A DNA stretch of 64,000 bases from Simkaniaceae bacterium (GTDB taxonomy: Bacteria; Chlamydiota; Chlamydiia; Chlamydiales; JACRBE01). This document shows positions 46,540 through 56,958 of the stretch, in pieces. Both the position numbers and the translations under genes were made by a program. Every line of letters starts with the position of its first letter. Position 1 is the first letter of the stretch. Location of the stretch: NCBI GenBank assembly GCA_022763045.1, contig JALEGI010000009.1:5576-69575 (forward strand), in the 5' to 3' direction. The notes below the pieces were generated by a model that was not told the origin of the DNA, searched no databases, and worked only from the letters and a program-made list of their open reading frames with translations.

Positions 46540-46560
46540 ATCCTTCTTTAAAAGAAGGAT
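46540..46560 (-). promoter_or_regulatory. 21-nt perfect palindrome / hairpin overlapping the SD of the small Inc-like gene
   Basis: ATCCTTCTTT-A-AAAGAAGGAT. On the minus strand the 3' arm AAGAAGGAT carries the AAGGA SD, which lies 8 nt upstream of ATG 46533. Confidence 0.45.
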
Positions 46561-46600
46561 TATATCATACTGAATATTAGAATTCTATATAAAAGAAATT

Positions 46601-47965
46601 TTAATTATTAAGGAGTTTTCTCTGAACATCAGACAGATAGAATGCGATCTCTTTATCCTTGGTTTCAAGTCCCTTCTTAATTGACTTGATGGAGGACATT
46701 ACTGTCGAGTGATCTCGAGAGAAATAGGCCCCAATCTTCATATAGGGCATTTTAAGCTCACTGCGCATTACATACATAGCGATCTGTCTAGGTAGTACAC
46801 ACTCTCGACTTTGGGATTTTCCCGTAATATCTTCAGTTTTAAGGCCAAAGATCTCTGAGATGAGTTGCAGCACCTTATCTGGAGTGAGTTTTGCCTTATT
46901 TTCCTCCTCAAAGAGGTGGGTAAGGTGCTCTTTAACTCGATTAAGTGATAGGGGGGACTCAAGGTCAAGTTTATCAAGGTGAGCATGGAGAATAAGCGAT
47001 TCGATGGCGTGTGAGAGTGAGTGCGCGCTTGGAAATTTGTGGGTGATAAAGTCAGTTAGCTCTTTTTGAACAGGGAATTTGAAGAGTTGCGAGCGGCGTG
47101 AGAGAATTTGGTGAAGTTCATTAGTGGTGGTGATTGAGGTTAGAGGGAGGGTAATACCCCACTCAAAGCGACTAATTAATCGCTCTTCAATTCCATCGAG
47201 CATTTGAGGGGAGCAGTTTCCGCTTAAAATGATTTGCCGGCCGGTTGTGTGGAGCGTATTAAATGTGTGAAAGAGCTCTTCTTGCGTTGCATTTTTACGA
47301 ATGAGATCTTGGACGTCATCGATGATCAGCACATCTACATGGCGGTAGGCGGCGCGAAATTCTTGCATAACCCCTCGTCGTATGGCAGAGATGACGTGCT
47401 CAGTGAAGGAGGAGGCTCGGACGTAGAAGGTCTTTTTCCCGTGGAGTTCAAGGACGGTTGCTGCTGCCATCAATAGGTGAGTTTTACCAACTCCCGGTCC
47501 TCCATAGATAAAGATAGGGTTGTAGGTGGTGGGCTCTATGGTCGGCTCAATAAGTTCTTGTGTTTCGAGGTTGAATCCTGTGACATTGGCAAGTAGTTTG
47601 AGAGGAACAACGTTATCTGGCCCTGGAATAAACTGTTCAAAAGTGTGGTGAGGATCGAGTTTATCTGGGATGAAATCGATTGGTCTGTGAGACTGGGGCT
47701 TTTGCTGCGCACCACTTGTCTTGCCATCTTGACTAGCAAGAGAGATGTGAATTTTTATCGGGCGCCCATTGTTGTTTGTCAGGCGGGTCTTGGCCTTCGA
47801 TGCAATGTGCTCCTCGAACCAGTTAATCGCAAATGAATCATCAGCATGAAGATAGATGTTCCCGGCATCATAACGATGCAGTTTTAGTGGGGTCAGCCAA
47901 CGCTTGACTGTTTCGGTGCCAATTTCTTTTTCAAGTTGCTCTAAAAAATTCGTCCAGATTTTCAT
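46601..47965 (-). CDS. dnaA: Chromosomal replication initiator DnaA
   Basis: AAA+ Walker A GGPGVGKTHLL. C-terminal DNA-binding domain ...FSRDHSTVMSSIKSI. Starts 7 nt after the yidC stop. Confidence 0.95.
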   Translation of the reverse strand: MKIWTNFLEQLEKEIGTETVKRWLTPLKLHRYDAGNIYLHADDSFAINWFEEHIASKAKTRLTNNNGRPIKIHISLASQDGKTSGAQQKPQSHRPIDFIPDKLDPHHTFEQFIPGPDNVVPLKLLANVTGFNLETQELIEPTIEPTTYNPIFIYGGPGVGKTHLLMAAATVLELHGKKTFYVRASSFTEHVISAIRRGVMQEFRAAYRHVDVLIIDDVQDLIRKNATQEELFHTFNTLHTTGRQIILSGNCSPQMLDGIEERLISRFEWGITLPLTSITTTNELHQILSRRSQLFKFPVQKELTDFITHKFPSAHSLSHAIESLILHAHLDKLDLESPLSLNRVKEHLTHLFEEENKAKLTPDKVLQLISEIFGLKTEDITGKSQSRECVLPRQIAMYVMRSELKMPYMKIGAYFSRDHSTVMSSIKSIKKGLETKDKEIAFYLSDVQRKLLNN

Positions 47966-47972
47966 GCCAGTC

Positions 47973-50354
47973 TTAAGTAGTCGTCACTATCTTTCCCTTC
48001 AATTTTTTCGTTAGGAAGTACTGCTGAAGCATTGCCAGTACGGTCGATGAGATCCAGTAGATATTCAATCCAGATGGGAAGTTGTAAAAGAGGAAAGTGA
48101 AGACAATTGACATCACATTTCCCATCATTTTTTGTTGCTGCGCTTGCTCTGAAGTAGCAGTCGATCCTGCTTGGCTGATTTTCTGCTGAAGGAACATCAA
48201 TCCTCCAAGAACGATTGGAAGGAGGTGGAATTGATTTCCAATAAAGAAAATTGGGTAGCCCCATGAAAAGAGCACATCTGGAGCGGTCAAATTGTTGATC
48301 CATCCAGGGATAAAACTCGCTCCACGAAGGTCAAAGTTAGATTTGAGCAGGTCAAACATTCCGATCAAAAAGGGCATCTGAATTAAAATAGGTAGACAGC
48401 CTGAGAAGGGGTTGACTTTCTCCTCTTTGTAGAGTTTCATGACCTCCATTTGGGCACGCTTGGGGTCTTTTTTGTAGCGCTCTTGGATCTTTGTTACCTT
48501 GGGTGCCACTTGCTGCATACGCACAGTCGACTTGATCGACCAGTTGTTTAGTGGATAGAGCATAACGCGAAGGGCAATCGTCAATAGAATGATTGAAAAG
48601 CCCCAAGAGTGGGTAATGCTGTAAAAAACGCGCATCAGCATGAACAAAAAGCGCGCAAAGGGCTGCGAAATAAATGAGAACCAGCCGTGGTAGGTTTGAG
48701 CGCCTGCATAATCCGGGTTGTAGCCTATCGAGGGATTACTATAAGTTGCATCAACCTGATTTAAAATATCGTGCTGGTAGGGACCGGCAAATAGTCTAAA
48801 CTCGGATACGCCATTTCCTTTTTTCAGAGGAAGGAGCATTTCATAGCCTGGATACTTATCTGCTGGAAATTGGTTGTAGGCTGCATCAATGAGCGTCAAA
48901 CGGGTCGGTAGAATTTGTCCAGGGATGTGGTAGGCCTTAAAGCCAGTTGGCATGTTCTCAGAAAGGGGGTCGAGAATCATACCAAAGAATCCATTTGAGT
49001 CGGAGATCCAATCGGGTGATGAAGTTGTGATAGTTGTTGATGTTTTTGGCAGTGAAACCTTCTCAACAACAGTTTTGCTTCCCTTTTGATATCTTTGCTG
49101 AAGCTCGGGAGATGCAGCTCCTGATATGAGTTCAACCTCAGGAACGCCAGTCGTGAGCCAAAGCTCGCGGCTTCCACTTTCAGAGCGAACCGTCAGCGTG
49201 ACACAATAAGGGGCTTTCTGGTCTTTTGCAGGAAGGGTGTAGGTTTTAATGAATCGACGTCCACCACTACTTCCCTCAAATTCAATCATTTCATCGGTAA
49301 ATTTAGTGACTCGGAAAAACGAGGTGTGGATATCGCTGTCTTCGCCAACTAGATTCATAGCATAGTAGCGAGAGGGGGCGAAAAAGGCAGTTTTCCCGTC
49401 TGGCGCTTTAAGGCTGCGACGAATTAGAGGTGTATACCCACCGAGTTTTGGCTGCTTTTGCACGGTTTTCCCATCTTCAACGCTCCAGTAAGCGTGGTTT
49501 GGGAATCGGGCATTCGCGGCATGCTTATTCAAAATTGTACGATCGAAGCCAATTGGTTTCACAGTTTCATTATAGGGGAGATTGATCTCAGCTAAAGCTC
49601 CACCGATATTTGAGAAAACGAGCTGTTGGTATTCGTTTTCTAGAACGTAAAACTGCTCCTTGCCAAGAGCGCGCTCTTGTTCTGTAGTTAGAGTCTTAAA
49701 GCTAGTGATATCTTGAAACTGTGAGACATCTTTGAGCGTATGAAAGGTGTCATTACTCGCTTCCCAGAAGCCTACTGGCATGTAATTGCCATCGAAATTG
49801 TAGAGGACAATACTATTGACTTCGGGTTTTCCAGAAGGGAAGTAGAGGCGTCCATCTTCGTATTCAGCAAGTTTAATCACAATGCCGGAGGCGTTAAGAG
49901 AGACAACCTGAACATCGCTCATACCAATTGTTGGAAGGTAGGCCGAATCGATTTGAGGTTTGGTAGTGCCATAGACAATTGCTTTTTGCGAATTGTTCGC
50001 ATCAATCATCCGGTTGAGCTTTTCGATCCCTTTTTTTCCAGCTCGGACATATACATGCTCCGGCAGGTCTCCTGTCCATGCTTGTGAGATGTAGACATCT
50101 CCATTCATGATAGCATAGGCAACTGGGTCTTTTCCTGCTGCGTCGCTATAGAGAACCGTCAATGGTAGGTCAGAGGGTCGTGCCGTGCGCTTGCGTAGGT
50201 CGCTTTGCAACCTTTCGCTTGCTTGAGCCTGCTTTTGCTGCTCCTCTTGGCGCTTTTGTTCTATTGCCTCCTCATTTCCTGAGGCGAACCATTGGTTTGA
50301 GAAAAAGAGAGCTACTGTTAGTAGCAAAATGAAGATGATTGATTTTCTGTCCAT
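47973..50354 (-). CDS. yidC: Membrane protein insertase YidC (large periplasmic domain form)
   Basis: N-terminal TM segment, a periplasmic domain of about 500 aa, and a C-terminal 5-TM insertase core (...GCLPILIQMPFLIGMF...). ATG 50354 is chosen; the track start at 50372 is a GTG. Confidence 0.93.
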   Translation of the reverse strand: MDRKSIIFILLLTVALFFSNQWFASGNEEAIEQKRQEEQQKQAQASERLQSDLRKRTARPSDLPLTVLYSDAAGKDPVAYAIMNGDVYISQAWTGDLPEHVYVRAGKKGIEKLNRMIDANNSQKAIVYGTTKPQIDSAYLPTIGMSDVQVVSLNASGIVIKLAEYEDGRLYFPSGKPEVNSIVLYNFDGNYMPVGFWEASNDTFHTLKDVSQFQDITSFKTLTTEQERALGKEQFYVLENEYQQLVFSNIGGALAEINLPYNETVKPIGFDRTILNKHAANARFPNHAYWSVEDGKTVQKQPKLGGYTPLIRRSLKAPDGKTAFFAPSRYYAMNLVGEDSDIHTSFFRVTKFTDEMIEFEGSSGGRRFIKTYTLPAKDQKAPYCVTLTVRSESGSRELWLTTGVPEVELISGAASPELQQRYQKGSKTVVEKVSLPKTSTTITTSSPDWISDSNGFFGMILDPLSENMPTGFKAYHIPGQILPTRLTLIDAAYNQFPADKYPGYEMLLPLKKGNGVSEFRLFAGPYQHDILNQVDATYSNPSIGYNPDYAGAQTYHGWFSFISQPFARFLFMLMRVFYSITHSWGFSIILLTIALRVMLYPLNNWSIKSTVRMQQVAPKVTKIQERYKKDPKRAQMEVMKLYKEEKVNPFSGCLPILIQMPFLIGMFDLLKSNFDLRGASFIPGWINNLTAPDVLFSWGYPIFFIGNQFHLLPIVLGGLMFLQQKISQAGSTATSEQAQQQKMMGNVMSIVFTFLFYNFPSGLNIYWISSTVLAMLQQYFLTKKLKGKIVTTT

Positions 50355-50598
50355 AGACCAGGATTCTCTCACATATGAATAAAAAATACTAGCTTAATTC
50401 TTCTTGAATTTGTCTCCAAGAGGAATGTTAAAGAGTCAGTTTTTAACTCAATTTTTGTATTAAATTTCCTCTTTTGGAGGGGCAAGCGATTCGAGTGGGT
50501 TACATGGTTTTTGCAGGCATTTCAGGTTGAGTTTGAGTAGCTCTTAAGGCTAGGTTGTTACTTCACTTAGTGAGTGATATGTGTCAAAAGTCTAAATG

Positions 50599-52659
50599 CT
50601 AAGCGGTATTCGGCTTCCATGTTTGGATCTCTGAGAGAAAGGCTTTGAAAAAGTCGGTCTCTCGGAGGTTGTCAAGCCATGAATCATTGAGAATTTCATC
50701 AAGTGGTGGTAGGGCTGAAAATTCGTAGGCCTTTTGTAGAAAGTGAATCGAGCGAGAAAAGTCTTGAGTAATTGAGTAGAGACATGCGAGGTGATAGTAG
50801 GCTTGAACATTGCCAAGTTTCGCTGCCTGGACAATTTTGTACTCAGCCTCTTTGAGCCACTGCTCTCTTTCGAATAGTGAGTCTGCAATTTCGGCCATTG
50901 AAATCAATGTGAGTGCCCAGTCGAGGATGATGATGTCGTTTTCGCTATCCTTTTTGTAGGCAAGCTTAAAGTGCGAGGTTGCTCTTTGAAAGACACCAAT
51001 TTCATTGGTTAGCTCGGCATAGTGAGCGCAACAAAGCGCGAGGCGATAGTGCACTTCGGGGTGTTCTGGATCAACAACAAGTACATGACCCAGAATTTCA
51101 ATTGCACGGGCGTAGTGGTTCTCGTCTTCTGTGTAGTCTGCTAGGGTGTCAAGTGTAACGGCGTATTGATAGAGCCATTCAGGGTGGAGGTAGATCGCAT
51201 TTTTCTGCAGATTCAAGGCCTGTTCAAAGTGGATGATTGCCAGTTCGATGGTATTTTTATCGCGGTGGTACTCACCGAGTTTCGATAGCGCTAGTGCATA
51301 CTCATAGTAGTAGCTGCTGACATTGGATAGACCGATTGCGCGAGAGAAAAATTTACAAGCGCGCTCAAGAATTTTTGGGTCATTTTGCAGCTCGGCTGTT
51401 TGAGCGTGAGTAATTCCAAGAGCATACCAAAGTCTATGGTAGGTACGGTCGATTGAAATACCCTCTTGAAATTTCTCAATTGCCTGGTAGTAGTGTTCGA
51501 TATCTTCAAAATAGGTGCCGTAAGCGTAGTAAACCATGCCATATGCATAGTAGATTTCAGGGCCGGCATCTCTATCGTCTATGGCCTCGCAAATTTTGTT
51601 TTCGGCCTCTTGAAGCAGGTCAAGACGATCTTGCAATACTCCCAAGGCAGCGAGGGATTCGGCCCAGATGCCAATCGAGCGTAGGTTTAAGCTGTCGCAT
51701 GCGTAAGCACGGTGACATTTTTCAATTGCAGAATGAAGTCTTTTTGTGTCGCAAAGGCGTTTTCCAGACTCTTTGAGCATGGATGCCCAGCCTAACCAAA
51801 GGCCGCTATCATGCGCAGAGAGTTGAGCCGCTGTTGCATAGCATTCATTTGCCTGAGTGAAGTGATCTTCGTCGTGAGTGAAATCGTAGAGGCGAGTGAG
51901 TGTCTGCGCCATCAAGTGCCAACCTTGGAAATTCGAAAGGTTAATCGTCACTGCTTGTTTAAAACACTCGATTGCTTTGACAAATAGGCGAGAGTCATTG
52001 ATTTGTTGGCCGAGTTTGAAATAGACACGACCTAGGTCGACCCAGAATTCTGAAGGTTGACGTTTATCAATTTCTAAAGCTTTATTGAAGGCCTCAAGAG
52101 CGCCATTGAGATCAGAAACTTCTTGAGAGAGTATGGCAATTTCAGTCATGACTAGGCCATACTTCCAAAGAAGGTCTGTCACTAGATCTCGTGGTTGTTC
52201 TTCAACAAGAGTTGTCGCTTTGTGTAGCTTGGTTTTAGCCTCGTGGAAATAGTGCGCTTCGCCTGTTGCTTTACCAAGAGCGTAAAGTGCTGCACCCCAC
52301 GCAACCCATGCATGAAAGTAAGTAGGTTCAATCGAAGTACATTTTTTGAAACGTCTGGAGGCAAGTAGTAGATTTTTCTCTTTTCCCTCTTCGCTACCAA
52401 ACTCAAAGAGAGCTAAGCCTTGGTCATAGAGAAGTTGAGCATTCGAGGGGTCGAGATCGGCTGCCATGTCAAAGAATTTGACACCAGAGTGGTCTCCCTT
52501 TAACAACAGGCGCTCGCCCTGTTTGAAAAACAGATTTGAATGCTTGTTTTCACTCTCGTCAAATAGCATCGGAGTGATCGAAATGTCCGATGAGAATGAG
52601 AGGGAATGTTGGTCGCTAGCCATGTCTGAGAAGGAATTGGTGAATTTACCTGCATTCAT
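50599..52659 (-). CDS. Large tetratricopeptide-repeat (TPR) protein
   Basis: 686 aa. After an unstructured N-terminus of about 45 aa it consists almost entirely of 34-residue TPR-like helical repeats with recurrent W/Y-x-A-x-G/A-x-A patterns. Confidence 0.8.
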   Translation of the reverse strand: MNAGKFTNSFSDMASDQHSLSFSSDISITPMLFDESENKHSNLFFKQGERLLLKGDHSGVKFFDMAADLDPSNAQLLYDQGLALFEFGSEEGKEKNLLLASRRFKKCTSIEPTYFHAWVAWGAALYALGKATGEAHYFHEAKTKLHKATTLVEEQPRDLVTDLLWKYGLVMTEIAILSQEVSDLNGALEAFNKALEIDKRQPSEFWVDLGRVYFKLGQQINDSRLFVKAIECFKQAVTINLSNFQGWHLMAQTLTRLYDFTHDEDHFTQANECYATAAQLSAHDSGLWLGWASMLKESGKRLCDTKRLHSAIEKCHRAYACDSLNLRSIGIWAESLAALGVLQDRLDLLQEAENKICEAIDDRDAGPEIYYAYGMVYYAYGTYFEDIEHYYQAIEKFQEGISIDRTYHRLWYALGITHAQTAELQNDPKILERACKFFSRAIGLSNVSSYYYEYALALSKLGEYHRDKNTIELAIIHFEQALNLQKNAIYLHPEWLYQYAVTLDTLADYTEDENHYARAIEILGHVLVVDPEHPEVHYRLALCCAHYAELTNEIGVFQRATSHFKLAYKKDSENDIIILDWALTLISMAEIADSLFEREQWLKEAEYKIVQAAKLGNVQAYYHLACLYSITQDFSRSIHFLQKAYEFSALPPLDEILNDSWLDNLRETDFFKAFLSEIQTWKPNTA

Positions 52660-52925
52660 TCGACTGAGTTCCTGTTTGCTCGTTAAAGTCCGGAATTATA
52701 TGTCACATTTTTTATTCAGGCAATCCTTTCAAAGTTCTTGACACCATCACTTTAGCCGTTCACACTACTTGCAATTGTAGCGTGAGACATTGCACGTAAG
52801 GGGTTTATGAAAGCAGAGTTTTAACGCAGCTTTAAGAAAAAAAATCGTAAAAAATTTTATAACATTTTTGTGGGAAATCCGTTCATAACTCCCCATATAT
52901 TAAAGTTTAAGGATTTGAGGTGGTC

Positions 52926-53339
52926 ATGTTCAAATATTTAAAAACGGTAAAGCTAGAAGATACAGATGCAACTGGAGTGATTTATTTCGCTAAACAGATG
53001 ACATTTTCTCTGGAAGCATTTGAGACGTGGCTCTCAGAGAGAAAGTACCCTCTTTCGAAGATCATTGAGTCTGGGGAGTATCTCTATCCCATTGTCCACG
53101 CAAGCGCTGATTATAAAGCGCCAGTCAAAGTCGGCGATGAGCTTGTTATCCATTTGCATGTAGCAAAAATAGGGAACTCTTCATTTACCATCACCTCTGA
53201 GCACCATAAAAATAGCGTGCTTGTCGGCTATACTGAGATTGTACACGTCTGTCAGTTCAAGGAGAGTGGGCGCTCTTGTGAGATTAATCCACAAATGCGA
53301 AAACTTTTGGAATCAGAAATGGAGCTAGCCGCTCTTTAA
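52926..53339 (+). CDS. Hotdog-fold 4HBT-type acyl-CoA thioesterase (probable DHNA-CoA thioesterase)
   Basis: N-terminal LEDTDATGVIYFAK carries the 4HBT catalytic Asp. About 137 aa. GAGG SD 5 nt before ATG 52926. Convergent with menE, overlapping it by 56 nt. Confidence 0.7.
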   Translation: MFKYLKTVKLEDTDATGVIYFAKQMTFSLEAFETWLSERKYPLSKIIESGEYLYPIVHASADYKAPVKVGDELVIHLHVAKIGNSSFTITSEHHKNSVLVGYTEIVHVCQFKESGRSCEINPQMRKLLESEMELAAL

Positions 53340-54243
53340 GCTGGGATTTAATCTCTTCCTCACTCATGGGGCTTTTAAGGGTTGCTTTTGCGATCATGCC
53401 CCACTCGGGGTCTTCAACAGGACAAACCTTAGCTTTTGTGACCCCATTAAGATTTAAAAGTGCCTTTTCAATGATTTCAGGCTGAATATTCTCCCCACCA
53501 CAAACAAACCTTCGATCGATCCGTCCTAAGATCTTCAACCTTCCCTCAATAAATTCACCGAGATCTCCAGTTCGATGCCAATTGGGCTTTTCATCACCCC
53601 TTACATAGATCTCACCCTCGACAATTTTTACCTTACGAGTGGGTAGCACAACTCCATTAAGCGCAACTGTCGAGCACATTTCGGTCATTCCATACGACTC
53701 ATAAACGCGAGGATCTTCGAGCATCCAATCAGGCACCGGTCCGCCTCCGAGTAAAATAGTATGCAGTCCAGTCGGGCAGCCTCTGTAGTATTGAGTCGGA
53801 ACAAACGAGGCAATAGTCGCATTTTCTGTGACAACTTCAGCGCCACTGAGAAGGCATCGGTAGAGAATGGCAAGGCCTGCAACATGGTGGATTGGGAGGT
53901 TAAGGAGCCAGCGATCAGAGGGCTTTATTGAAATGAGCTGAGAAAGCCCCTGGTAGTTTTTAATGAAGCTCTCTTCATGCAGCGTGATTGGTTTTGGCTC
54001 GCCAGTTGTTCCAGATGTGGGAAGCAGCGTGACCCCTGGATCGGCCTCTTTTATTCCCCTGCAGGCGCTTGCTGCTTTGCCTTGTCTCAAAATCGCTAGA
54101 TACTCTACGAGGTTTTGATAGTAGACAACAGGGGAGTCATCAATAATGGTCTGATCGACAAGATTGTCAAGCTCACGATAGGTCATTCCATTGATTGCCG
54201 GCCGGGAACCAAACTTTTTAGCAGCTTCTTTTAAAAGCCTCAT
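53284..54243 (-). CDS. menE: O-succinylbenzoate-CoA ligase, short form
   Basis: AMP-binding motifs LPTSGTTGEPKP, YGMTEM and WHRTGDLG. Last gene of the men operon. ATGA overlap with menC. At 319 aa it is shorter than typical MenE. Confidence 0.8.
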   Translation of the reverse strand: MRLLKEAAKKFGSRPAINGMTYRELDNLVDQTIIDDSPVVYYQNLVEYLAILRQGKAASACRGIKEADPGVTLLPTSGTTGEPKPITLHEESFIKNYQGLSQLISIKPSDRWLLNLPIHHVAGLAILYRCLLSGAEVVTENATIASFVPTQYYRGCPTGLHTILLGGGPVPDWMLEDPRVYESYGMTEMCSTVALNGVVLPTRKVKIVEGEIYVRGDEKPNWHRTGDLGEFIEGRLKILGRIDRRFVCGGENIQPEIIEKALLNLNGVTKAKVCPVEDPEWGMIAKATLKSPMSEEEIKSQLKERLAPFLIPKVFAFVD

Positions 54244-55280
54244 AGCTTCATTGGTTTGAGTTCACTTAGTGAGATCTCTTGAGAGGGGGCAATAGAGGCC
54301 TTCCCATCCTTCACATTTAGTTGAGGGAGAAATAGATCTTTTTCAAAAATATCAAAGGTATCTATGCCGACAGGGCTTTGGGTATGTGTGCGTGCATCAA
54401 GGCGTGCAATATCTGCCAGTCCGAGCGTTGATTCATAAGAGGAGCTATAGACTGCACGCATCCCGCGATTTTTTGCCATTTTTGCAATTCCCATGCAGTA
54501 GTGAGCGCCACCGTGGAGAGTCGGTTTAAGCACAACTGTTTGCACAAATTCTGGAACAAGGACTTCAAGAAGAGGGTGGTCTCGCAGAGTTTCATCAATC
54601 GCAATAGAATGAAGGGTTTTTTTGTGAAAAGTAGCAAGGTCTGAAAAACTCTGAACGGGCTCTTCAATGTATTCAAAAGTGTTGGGGTAAAACCCTTTGC
54701 CAAACTGCACAGCCTCTTCCAAAGACCATTTGCGACCAACATCTAGGCGAAGTGATATTTTGGGCAGAATTTGTTTTACTTGCTGTACGATCTCTATAGC
54801 CTGCAGCGGAGAAAATTGCCCGATTTTAAGCTTTGCAGTGTTGTAGCTCTTGATTTTCTCAGCTTTTTCTAAGATTTGATCGCGATTGCCAGATAAGAGG
54901 GCTGAAACAGGTAGCTCGCGAAGAGTATTTTCCTCCTCAAAGAGCTTAAAAAAGGCGCTCTCAAGACCAAAAAGAACAGATGAGTGGGGAGCAAGTCCCC
55001 ATTTAGCAAATAAGTTTAGCATCTCGCTTGTCCAACTTTCGCGAGAAAATTCTGTCTGCTTGAGCTCGTGGCTGATCATTTTGAGCTGGCCGACTGCGTC
55101 AATGACAGTCTCTTTACTCATGTGTGGAAGTGGCGCTATTTCACCATAGGATTTTTTACCATCGGTTGTTGTAAGTTCCAAAATCATGCCAAAGCGCATT
55201 GAAAGGACTTCGCCCATAAGCTTAAGAGGAGTTTTCAGAGGGAGTTTATAAACGTAGAGGTCAAAATTTTGGATCTTCAT
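54240..55280 (-). CDS. menC: O-succinylbenzoate synthase (enolase superfamily)
   Basis: Contains AKLKIGQ, RLDVGRKW, YIEEPV and IAIDETL (the metal-ligand pattern of OSBS). ATG 55280 forms an ATGA overlap with the menA stop; ATG 55289 is the alternative. Confidence 0.82.
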   Translation of the reverse strand: MKIQNFDLYVYKLPLKTPLKLMGEVLSMRFGMILELTTTDGKKSYGEIAPLPHMSKETVIDAVGQLKMISHELKQTEFSRESWTSEMLNLFAKWGLAPHSSVLFGLESAFFKLFEEENTLRELPVSALLSGNRDQILEKAEKIKSYNTAKLKIGQFSPLQAIEIVQQVKQILPKISLRLDVGRKWSLEEAVQFGKGFYPNTFEYIEEPVQSFSDLATFHKKTLHSIAIDETLRDHPLLEVLVPEFVQTVVLKPTLHGGAHYCMGIAKMAKNRGMRAVYSSSYESTLGLADIARLDARTHTQSPVGIDTFDIFEKDLFLPQLNVKDGKASIAPSQEISLSELKPMKL

Positions 55281-56143
55281 ACCAGCCATCCGAGTGCAAA
55301 TAAAGTTGAGTATCCAAAGATTAATTTGCCCACTCTGGGAAATATCTCTGCATAGTCTTTTGGCGATTTTGCGGAAGTAGTTCTTTTAATTAAAGGAAAA
55401 TTTATCGCGGTGTAGATGCTCGTAAGTAAAAGAGCTGGGTGCGCCAAACCACTTGCAACAAAGTAGATGGGCATAAAGGCTGCGAGTATGAAACAGCCGA
55501 TTAGTTCGATCATGCCAAATCGTTTGCCAAAGCGCGCCGGTAGGGTCCACTTATTTGATGCTCGATCAGATTCGATATCGCGAATGTTGTTTAACGTAAG
55601 CATTGCAGTTGAAAGTGCACCTGGGCCGATACCCGCAGCTATTGCTTGGTAGCAAATGTTACCCTCTTGTAAAAATGTTGTGACACCCGTTGCAATCAAA
55701 CCGAAGAAGATCATAACAAATATTTCACTCAAGCCAACATAGGCAATTGGATAGGGACCCGCAGTGTAGAGAAATCCGAGACAAATCGAAATAGCTGCTA
55801 GTAGAATAATATAGGGTCCTCCTAGGAAAGAGAGGTAGAGTCCCGAGCAAAAAATTATTAGTGAGGTGAGAGTCATGGCAAGTTTCATCTGATTTGCCGA
55901 TACTAAATTTGCGCTCATTACTCTTCGTGGTCCTGTGCGCCCCTCGTCAGCACCCTTTTTCCAATCGAAGTAGTCATTGGCAAAATTTGACAAAACTTGC
56001 ACGCCCACTCCAGCAGTGAGCGTGATTAAGAGAGTCAGTAGGTTGAAGTGGCCTGCCTTAAACGCAATTGAAGTGCCAATGGCAATTGGCCCTAGAATTG
56101 CAGGGAGCGTCTTTGGTCTTGCTGCTTCAACCCAAACACTCAT
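55277..56143 (-). CDS. menA: 1,4-dihydroxy-2-naphthoate polyprenyltransferase
   Basis: UbiA-family polytopic membrane protein with [15 protein letters not shown] overlap with menB. Confidence 0.88.
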   Translation of the reverse strand: MSVWVEAARPKTLPAILGPIAIGTSIAFKAGHFNLLTLLITLTAGVGVQVLSNFANDYFDWKKGADEGRTGPRRVMSANLVSANQMKLAMTLTSLIIFCSGLYLSFLGGPYIILLAAISICLGFLYTAGPYPIAYVGLSEIFVMIFFGLIATGVTTFLQEGNICYQAIAAGIGPGALSTAMLTLNNIRDIESDRASNKWTLPARFGKRFGMIELIGCFILAAFMPIYFVASGLAHPALLLTSIYTAINFPLIKRTTSAKSPKDYAEIFPRVGKLIFGYSTLFALGWLV

Positions 56144-56958
56144 GGTCGCCTCGGAAATTGTTTGAAATTGGGCTTTCTCTTTTCCATAAATGAACGATGT
56201 CCCTCTTGCGCCTCTTCAGACATGTAGTAGAGCATGGTTGCATTGCCGGCGAGCTCTTGTATTCCAGATTCGCCATCTGTGGCAGCGTTGAAAGCCGACT
56301 TCAAGCAGCGCAGAGCAATCGGGGAGTGCTCTAAAATTTTATTGCACCACTCAAGCGTCGTTTTTTCAAGCTCCTCTTGAGGTACATGGATGTTGATTAA
56401 GCCCATCTCCAATGCCTCTTGGGCGCTATATTGCCGGCAGAGATACCAAATTTCACGCGCCTTTTTCTGCCCCACAATATCGGCTAGGTAGCTCGCTCCA
56501 AAGCCTCCATCAAAAGAGCCCATCTTTGGACCAACTTGACCAAAGATTGAGTGGCTTGCCGCAATCGTGAGATCGCACATGAGATGAAGGACATGTCCTC
56601 CACCTATAGCGTAGCCAGAGACCATTGCAATAATCGGTTTAGGGCATGAACGGATCTCTTTTTGAAAATCTAAGACATTGAGAGAATCAATTTCTTCACC
56701 ACTATTATATCCCGATTCTCCACGAAACCTTTGGTCGCCTCCCGAGCAAAAGGCCTTTTCCCCAGCCCCTGTGAGAATAATAACGCCAATAGAGGTGTCA
56801 AATCGTGCATCTTGAAGTGCTCGTCGCATTTCGAAAACAGTTGTTGGAGTGAAGGCGTTGTGCACCTCAGGGCGGTTGATAGTGATCTTAGCGATACCGT
56901 CACTCTTGTCGTAGAGAATATCTTTAAATGCTGTGCGCTCTTTCAATGCTGTGCTCAT
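56140..56958 (-). CDS. menB: 1,4-dihydroxy-2-naphthoyl-CoA synthase
   Basis: Crotonase fold with [17 protein letters not shown] and [20 protein letters not shown] upstream. The start lies 35 nt inside the 3' end of menH. Confidence 0.93.
   Translation of the reverse strand: MSTALKERTAFKDILYDKSDGIAKITINRPEVHNAFTPTTVFEMRRALQDARFDTSIGVIILTGAGEKAFCSGGDQRFRGESGYNSGEEIDSLNVLDFQKEIRSCPKPIIAMVSGYAIGGGHVLHLMCDLTIAASHSIFGQVGPKMGSFDGGFGASYLADIVGQKKAREIWYLCRQYSAQEALEMGLINIHVPQEELEKTTLEWCNKILEHSPIALRCLKSAFNAATDGESGIQELAGNATMLYYMSEEAQEGHRSFMEKRKPNFKQFPRRP

Noticed and set aside
47962-48303. 113-aa minus-strand ORF overlapping the yidC 3' end and the dnaA start
   Set aside because: It is an alternative frame of the yidC C-terminal core. 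The yidC frame carries the conserved insertase motifs; this one carries nothing recognisable.
50373-50598. Replication origin (DnaA-box cluster) near yidC-dnaA; the spacer at 46534-46600 was also inspected
   Set aside because: The spacers are AT-rich, but I found no TTATCCACA-like boxes (0-1 mismatch) and no clustered repeats in either. The few near-matches in the window (for example TTATCCAGA at about 18901-18909) are isolated and lie inside coding sequence. An origin cannot be called from this window.
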